The translations under genes and the position numbers were made by a program. A stretch of 64,000 nucleotides of DNA from positions 1 through 64,000 of the IMG/VR virus record IMGVR_UViG_3300017716_002931. One strand, written 5' to 3'. Below are positions 58,765 to 64,000 of the stretch, piece by piece (position 1 is the first letter of the stretch; every line of letters begins with the position of its first letter). Source of the DNA: a virus. The notes beneath the pieces are model-generated. The model ran no database searches. It was not told where the DNA came from and was given only the letters and a program-made list of their open reading frames with translations.

Positions 58765-59076
58765 TTATCGATTAACAGTATCAGACTTATTAGTCATCGA
58801 AGACTTTACAGCCTTCTTAGGCGTCTCAGTCTTCTTAGGCTTGTCAGTCTTCTTAGGCTTGTCAGTCTTCTTGAGACGAGTAATCTCATTGCTCTTCGAG
58901 AGAACGCCATGAAGAGCGCGAACCTGACGACCGTTAAGTCCAATGGTGCTCTTTCCATCACTAATAGTGAGGGAAGTTGCACGATGAGCGCCGGCAAACG
59001 GCACTACAAACCGGGCAGCCAAACCAGCGGTCTTACATTGAATGATGTGTTGTCTATTTTGTGTCTTTATCTTCAT
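58765..59076 (-). CDS. Basic protein with KKTDKP repeats
   Basis: 103 aa; Lys-rich repeated tail; has its own promoter. Confidence 0.7.
   Translation of the reverse strand: MKIKTQNRQHIIQCKTAGLAARFVVPFAGAHRATSLTISDGKSTIGLNGRQVRALHGVLSKSNEITRLKKTDKPKKTDKPKKTETPKKAVKSSMTNKSDTVNR
58813..58873. repeat. 18-nt tandem repeat, about 3.4 copies
   Basis: CTTCTTAGGC(TTG/GTC)TCAGT units at 58813, 58831, 58849 and a partial unit at 58867. Confidence 0.9.
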
Positions 59077-59128
59077 ATAACTTATTTTTTGTTTTTTAGT
59101 CTAGGTTAGTATGTAACTAACTTCTACC

Positions 59129-59156
59129 ATCATATCATACATAGAATATTCGTCAA
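59129..59156 (-). promoter_or_regulatory. Sigma70-type promoter
   Basis: TTGACG-16 nt-TATGAT; short 5' hairpin GTTAGT/ACTAAC downstream. Confidence 0.6.
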
Positions 59157-59170
59157 CAAAAATCGTATTT

Positions 59171-60109
59171 TTAATTAGGTTGTTTTGCCATAGATTCTTC
59201 AAACATAGTTATGGCATAATCTTTGGCTTTGAACTCCATTTCAAGATCCAACGGACGATGTTCATTGAAGTATTCGATAGGAAAGGTTCTCACATAGTCA
59301 GTATGAGCACGTTCGTTGGAATTACCCACAATATTGTCGCTAAAATGAAACAACGGAATAGCTGTCGTCCACGTAGATCTGGCCATATCATACGCCTCTT
59401 GAGCTGTTTGACGGCCACGATTGCATCGATAATGGAGATTATCATACGTAATTGGAATACCTGTTTGTTGATAAACGTGGGTATAAAGTTGTTCAACATT
59501 CCAACTATTGCCCTTGTCTTCATTCTCTAATACCAACCTTGACATTACCGACACATCCAAAGCCTTCCACACGTCAATAAAACGCTTTGCAACGTCTTTT
59601 AGATCAGCCCCCTTGAAACAATTCATGTGAATGTTGATGGGAGAGTTATAGTCTTGACTAAGACCCAAAAAATCCATCATTTTTCCATGACTGTTCAACT
59701 CAATAATAGATATTTCTACCACTTTGGAATTGGCACTGGCAGGAACCACAAATTGATCAGGATGTGTAGAACAACGAATGTTGTGTTTTTTGATGAGACC
59801 ATTACACAACTTGAACTCGGTTTGAATTTTGTCAAAGTTATAGGTGCTTTCAATAGACAAATTGGCGTCAGGAAGAGTTTCCAAAGGCATCAACCCGCTA
59901 CTAATACGATAGTTCCATTTTTTGGCAGCGCACAATTCTAGGGTTTTACGAACAACATACACGTTTTGAAGTGTACGATCTGCTACAATTGTCTCAGCTT
60001 CCTTGCGTTCCAATTTAAGGAACCGAGTTTTTGTCATGGTAGTGGATTTGATTCCTTGCTCTTGGAGAGACAAAGAAATACAACAAAGACTGAGGCGTAT
60101 ATTTTTCAT
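59171..60109 (-). CDS. uvsE: UV damage endonuclease UvsE/UVDE
   Basis: LCCI, YRISS, R.STHPDQF, INIH, RLVLENEDK, PITYDNLH, HFS, RAH.DY, E.KAK. Confidence 0.93.
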   Translation of the reverse strand: MKNIRLSLCCISLSLQEQGIKSTTMTKTRFLKLERKEAETIVADRTLQNVYVVRKTLELCAAKKWNYRISSGLMPLETLPDANLSIESTYNFDKIQTEFKLCNGLIKKHNIRCSTHPDQFVVPASANSKVVEISIIELNSHGKMMDFLGLSQDYNSPINIHMNCFKGADLKDVAKRFIDVWKALDVSVMSRLVLENEDKGNSWNVEQLYTHVYQQTGIPITYDNLHYRCNRGRQTAQEAYDMARSTWTTAIPLFHFSDNIVGNSNERAHTDYVRTFPIEYFNEHRPLDLEMEFKAKDYAITMFEESMAKQPN

Positions 60110-60115
60110 ACACCT

Positions 60116-60144
60116 ACTTTACCACACCCACTACCGAAAGTAAA
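60116..60144 (-). promoter_or_regulatory. Sigma70-type promoter with extended -10, probably leaderless
   Basis: TTTACT-17 nt (ending TGG)-TAAAGT, then 6 nt to ATG 60109. Confidence 0.6.
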
Positions 60145-60152
60145 GGGTTTTT

Positions 60153-60788
60153 TTAATAGTAGACGGTTAGTTCTACTCTCTTCCACTTGGTGCCATCGTG
60201 AACGTAAATATAGTTTTCACAGATGATGATTTCACCGTAATATCCAGTCGTAGTTTCGTCCGGTTCACACTTTGCTCGATTGTCAATAATCAAAGTTTCA
60301 ACTTGCAAGTAATAAACACTCAAGTACGTGAAATTTGGAGTAGGTGTCGGAGTAGGTGTGTTAGTTGGCGTCGGAGTAGGCGGGACAAAATACGTAACCA
60401 CCGGAGTGAGACATGGTGATGATGGAACAATCTCACAAATCTGACATGAACTTGTATTGGCTCCTCTGTTTTGCCAAGAAGTTCCTGTTTGACTATCCAT
60501 TTTAACCCATGTGGCGTTTTTGTTTACACCACGATTTAAAATCACTCCATACTTGTTTAGAAGATTGCCTATGCTTGTGCTAGCATAGTTCAATATGGTG
60601 AAATTGACATCGCCGGGGTACTTGTATGACAGTACATTTCCACTCTTTTGTAGAATTGTACCTTGTGGTCCCGTGAATATGCCGTTTGGAGAATTGTCAA
60701 CAGAATTTGGATCGGTAATGGTTTCAGAAACCGTTACCAATCTGTTGACAAACGAATTGATTCTGTTGTATGCGATGAAATCTAACAC
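60153..60788 (-). CDS. Probable virion protein with Pro/Thr linker
   Basis: PTPTPTNTPTPTPTP; C-terminal GYYGEIIICENYIYVHDGTKWKRVEL fibre-type motif. Confidence 0.55.
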   Translation of the reverse strand: MLDFIAYNRINSFVNRLVTVSETITDPNSVDNSPNGIFTGPQGTILQKSGNVLSYKYPGDVNFTILNYASTSIGNLLNKYGVILNRGVNKNATWVKMDSQTGTSWQNRGANTSSCQICEIVPSSPCLTPVVTYFVPPTPTPTNTPTPTPTPNFTYLSVYYLQVETLIIDNRAKCEPDETTTGYYGEIIICENYIYVHDGTKWKRVELTVYY

Positions 60789-60825
60789 AGGTATACCCTT
60801 CTATATTCAGGGTATAAATATAGGG

Positions 60826-62010
60826 TCACCGTCCAACTTCGTTAAAAAAGTTGTTTTTAGCATCGGTATATGACATTCCTATCATTTTGTTATAAAAAAG
60901 AGTGTCTGTTTTGAGATTTCCTTCTGTTTTTAACTTCAAATATCGATCTTTAGCTTTTGGTTTCCACCAATCAAATATGGCCTTCTTATCATCAACAAAC
61001 AGTTGCTTCATAACCAACTGATCGTCAGTGATTTTACCACACAAATACTCCTTAGTATTGTTATAGAATGGACTATAGTAAACTCCACGTTCGTATCCAT
61101 GAACATAGTCTTGAGTTTTGATGTTTAAAGTTTGAAAAATCATAGATATGACTCTCTGTTTTGCACCTGTAACAGGCCCAGATACATTTTCCTTCTGAGT
61201 CATCTTCTTATCATACTCCACAGATCGATTTTCCTTAATCCAATCGTGCCATATCTTATATACGGTGTCATCCGGCTTAATTGGTATCTTGCCAGTAGAA
61301 GATCCACACTTGTGCCACCACTTCAAACTGTTGTACATACTGTAACTTCCGTACAAACTTGTCGTAGTCATGCCCGCCAATGTCTGGCCATAGAGCTTTT
61401 TCCATACATCTCGTACAACAGATGATGTAACCAAACATGCCACCAGCTTGCCACCAAGAAAATTGTATCCAAACGGTTGTGTACTCATAATGCAGCTGCC
61501 AATAGCACTATGAACCAACTTTTTATCTATCAGTTTGTTCTCCGAAGTCCACCCAATGTACTTGTCTCTAGTAGTAATGGTGATTACGTCACTCGAAACA
61601 GATGTAGCACCAAGATACCGAGGGTTATCTTCGTTGCCATCGGTGATCAAGAACTTCAAAAACCTACCAGGCGTCTGACTGAACTCCATTGTGTGACAAA
61701 ATACCCGAACCATCAACCACGCAAACTCCTGAGCCTCAGTTTCTACGTGGACGATAGTAGGATTCAGTTCGTCCAACTCCTTTAGAGTCAATTCTTCGTT
61801 GTTAATGTCGGTAGGCGCCCAAATCTTAGCTTTGATCAACGCACTTTTTGATATAGATGGTCGATATTCCTGAACTTCTTCGTATTTTTTGTAAAACGTG
61901 GCTTCTTCAACGGTCATAGCCTTGAGAAAGTCGATATTTTTGACAAACTTCTTCTTCTCAAGTTCAAAATCAAACTCGTCAATATTAAAAAATTCGTGTG
62001 CGGCGCTCAT
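60826..62010 (-). CDS. DUF4338 / DruA-like protein
   Basis: PGRFLKFLITD...YLG, RDKYIGW, QPFGYNFLGGKLVA, TTTSLYG..S.YN. Confidence 0.75.
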   Translation of the reverse strand: MSAAHEFFNIDEFDFELEKKKFVKNIDFLKAMTVEEATFYKKYEEVQEYRPSISKSALIKAKIWAPTDINNEELTLKELDELNPTIVHVETEAQEFAWLMVRVFCHTMEFSQTPGRFLKFLITDGNEDNPRYLGATSVSSDVITITTRDKYIGWTSENKLIDKKLVHSAIGSCIMSTQPFGYNFLGGKLVACLVTSSVVRDVWKKLYGQTLAGMTTTSLYGSYSMYNSLKWWHKCGSSTGKIPIKPDDTVYKIWHDWIKENRSVEYDKKMTQKENVSGPVTGAKQRVISMIFQTLNIKTQDYVHGYERGVYYSPFYNNTKEYLCGKITDDQLVMKQLFVDDKKAIFDWWKPKAKDRYLKLKTEGNLKTDTLFYNKMIGMSYTDAKNNFFNEVGR

Positions 62011-62288
62011 TAGGTTTTATTCTCAGGTTTGTATAAGGTGAAGTTCTTTGTTAGATACTTCTTAAAGACAATTTCAAATACAGATCCATCTTTTGCCAAC
62101 TTAACATCCTTCAACTCATAGTACATGATTACACAGTCACTTGGAAGTTCTTTGATTTTATTTTTAACAGTGCGTTCATCTCCTATAGAAAGAATTGACT
62201 TTGGATCAGAAAAATCTTTTCCGTTTGCCGCATCATATAGTACGTATGCCGCTCCTTTACACAATTGGATGTAGTGATAGTTTTTCAT
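62010..62288 (-). CDS. Hypothetical protein
   Basis: 92 aa; TAATG-coupled to the DUF4338 gene. Confidence 0.6.
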   Translation of the reverse strand: MKNYHYIQLCKGAAYVLYDAANGKDFSDPKSILSIGDERTVKNKIKELPSDCVIMYYELKDVKLAKDGSVFEIVFKKYLTKNFTLYKPENKT

Positions 62289-62376
62289 ATAGTGACTTTG
62301 AGTTTATATTTAGAATACTCTTTGTCATTATACATAGACCGGCCAAACTCGTTTTCGATATTTTTACGCAAAGAAT

Positions 62377-62418
62377 AGGTGTTGTATATAACAATATTAT
62401 TTGTTTTACACAACACCT
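62377..62418. terminator. Long hairpin, probable terminator
   Basis: AGGTGTTGT.ATATAACAA-loop-TTGTTTTAC.ACAACACCT with A/T-rich flanks. Confidence 0.65.
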
Positions 62419-62439
62419 TTTTCTTCGTATCTAAACAAG

Positions 62440-62850
62440 TTATGCGTTGACTGTCGAATGACTGGTCTCGACCGCCGGCATAGTTTCAACCGCCTCAGTG
62501 GTATCAACAGAGATATTGGTGTCGGACACATTGGTATCGGATGCCTTGATATCCATGACTGGAACCACATTGATAATGGATTCATCAAGAAAAACTCCGG
62601 CGTTCTTGGCGGAGGTAATCGTCTCAGCGGAAACAGGAGCAGTAGAAAACACCAACTTGGGACGACCCTTTGAACCCTTTAGAGTTCCTAGAGTAGCGAG
62701 TGCCTTCTCCTTAAGGGCGTTACCAACTCGGACGCGAAGAGTAATCTTCACAAAATCAGAGTTATCGGCCAATAGGGAGTCCACGGTAAACCAACCCTTA
62801 GGCCAGTTGACGACGAGGTTTGTCTTGTTCTTACGGTTTGTCTTTTTCAT
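62440..62850 (-). CDS. Winged-helix-like DNA-binding protein
   Basis: FTVDSL...TLRVRV.NAL....KGRPKLVF; strong promoter and AAGGA SD. Confidence 0.5.
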   Translation of the reverse strand: MKKTNRKNKTNLVVNWPKGWFTVDSLLADNSDFVKITLRVRVGNALKEKALATLGTLKGSKGRPKLVFSTAPVSAETITSAKNAGVFLDESIINVVPVMDIKASDTNVSDTNISVDTTEAVETMPAVETSHSTVNA

Positions 62851-62895
62851 GTTTTATTCCTTTTATTTTATTGTTGTTAATTTACTCTCAAACTT

Positions 62896-62924
62896 ATTCT
62901 ATACTATTGTACAAAGTATGTCAA
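62896..62924 (-). promoter_or_regulatory. Near-consensus sigma70 promoter
   Basis: TTGACA-17 nt-TAGAAT. Confidence 0.75.
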
Positions 62925-64000
62925 CTAGATTTTGTTTTCTTTTTCAAGAAACATTTGATTCATGGTTCTGGCAATTCCAATAATATTGGTGACATCAACA
63001 AAAGATGCGTCCTGTCCATACATCGTCTTGAAACAACGTTCACTGGTTCCATTGAACACACCATATTGCTGAGACCCACGACTATATTCTCGAATGAAAT
63101 ACGCCAACACTTTATATCCCTTGCTTCGGATATTATTCACCTGACGACGAGTATGAAGACTGCCAGTATTTGAGTCGTATAAGAACGAAGACGCTCCGGA
63201 ATGATAACAATATGCTGGTTCTCCATCAGAGAAATTGAGGAAGTAATAATCCTCGTCATTAGATGACTCTCCAAGAGAATCCATGATTGCTTCATAACAA
63301 AGACCCTCAGGCGTGCTTCCCTCGGCTGATAGGTACGGAAACATTGTTCGAACCTTTGTGAATGAATCCTTAGCAGAGTCATACACAATCGCGACATATG
63401 GCAGATTGTTTGAACTGTTGTTTGAAGTGGACCGTAGACTCACAGATACCCTGAGATTGTTGATCATAGAGGCTGCCTTACAAATGGCGGTGACGACGGT
63501 AAGAGTGTTAATCCACTTTTCACCGCACATACTAGAACTTGCGTCAACTGAAATGTGAATCACAGCAGACTTGAACTTATCAACATCCAAACGATAAAAC
63601 ACATTTTCGTTATCGAAGCCAAGTTCAGAAAGAACTCGACGATCAATACGGCCAGTTGACTTTCTCATATATTTGGTAGTATTGATTTCACTACGAACCT
63701 TGAGTTTACGGCCAAGCACGGTTCCCAATTGAATTCCTCTATTTACGGCATTCAAATGTGCAGTCAATGGCATCTGTTTGCGATCCATTGCCTTACATGG
63801 AAATTGATTGGAAAACAACAGTTCTTTTGTAAGGTTCTTGACGAATACACAATCAACGCCAGTTGTAAGAGGAAGGCCATCGGAAATTACCGTCCCTACA
63901 TTCACAATAGTAACACCAGCGTTATCAAGCTGAGTCAAAGCGGTTCTTTGCTTTCCAGAGACCTTCTTCTTCTTAATTTGACCCGAGACAAAAACCTTCT
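62925..64000 (-). CDS. vWA (MIDAS) domain protein, CobT-like; 5' end outside the window
   Basis: GRIDRR.L, SVDASSSM, TPEG, FSDGEP; the frame stays open to the window edge. Confidence 0.85.
   Translation of the reverse strand, partial: KVFVSGQIKKKKVSGKQRTALTQLDNAGVTIVNVGTVISDGLPLTTGVDCVFVKNLTKELLFSNQFPCKAMDRKQMPLTAHLNAVNRGIQLGTVLGRKLKVRSEINTTKYMRKSTGRIDRRVLSELGFDNENVFYRLDVDKFKSAVIHISVDASSSMCGEKWINTLTVVTAICKAASMINNLRVSVSLRSTSNNSSNNLPYVAIVYDSAKDSFTKVRTMFPYLSAEGSTPEGLCYEAIMDSLGESSNDEDYYFLNFSDGEPAYCYHSGASSFLYDSNTGSLHTRRQVNNIRSKGYKVLAYFIREYSRGSQQYGVFNGTSERCFKTMYGQDASFVDVTNIIGIARTMNQMFLEKENKI

Noticed and set aside
58813-58873. Mini CRISPR array
   Set aside because: Head-to-tail 18-nt coding repeat with no spacers
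60826-62010. Complete Druantia defence system
   Set aside because: No DruE-type large helicase or other Dru genes nearby

Overview
This looks like 64 kb of an AT-rich, large or jumbo tailed dsDNA phage genome with T4-like replication machinery, read in the standard genetic code. I found no rRNA, tRNA, CRISPR array, intron or intein by eye. Core genes: thymidylate synthase, ClpP, SF2 helicase, family-B DNA polymerase, sliding clamp, both clamp-loader subunits, dUTPase, dNMP kinase, a Cas4/AddB-like nuclease, UvsE, a DUF4338/DruA-like protein and a truncated vWA protein. Roughly half the window is glycan biosynthesis, in four blocks (about 18.9-26 kb, 28-31 kb, 36-51.4 kb and 52-57.2 kb), plus a stand-alone gmd. 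The most interesting signals are: (1) a 12.3-18.7 kb block of probable capsid-internal, ejected cargo proteins, with T4-like capsid-targeting N-termini and (I/L/M)-x-E protease motifs at domain borders, carrying ArdC, a nucleotidyltransferase and a lysozyme with a cryptic signal peptide; (2) a replication-linked operon (dNMP kinase, RmlA, UER-type epimerase/reductase, C-methyltransferase, RmlB, GT-B fused to a winged helix) that could modify DNA with a sugar; (3) several collapsed mini-gene scars of glyco-genes that still keep translational coupling; (4) a candidate alpha-helical unimolecular spanin; (5) two promoter classes, leaderless sigma70-type and a TAnnTAT motif. All family calls come from recognising motifs by eye; no database searches were run.
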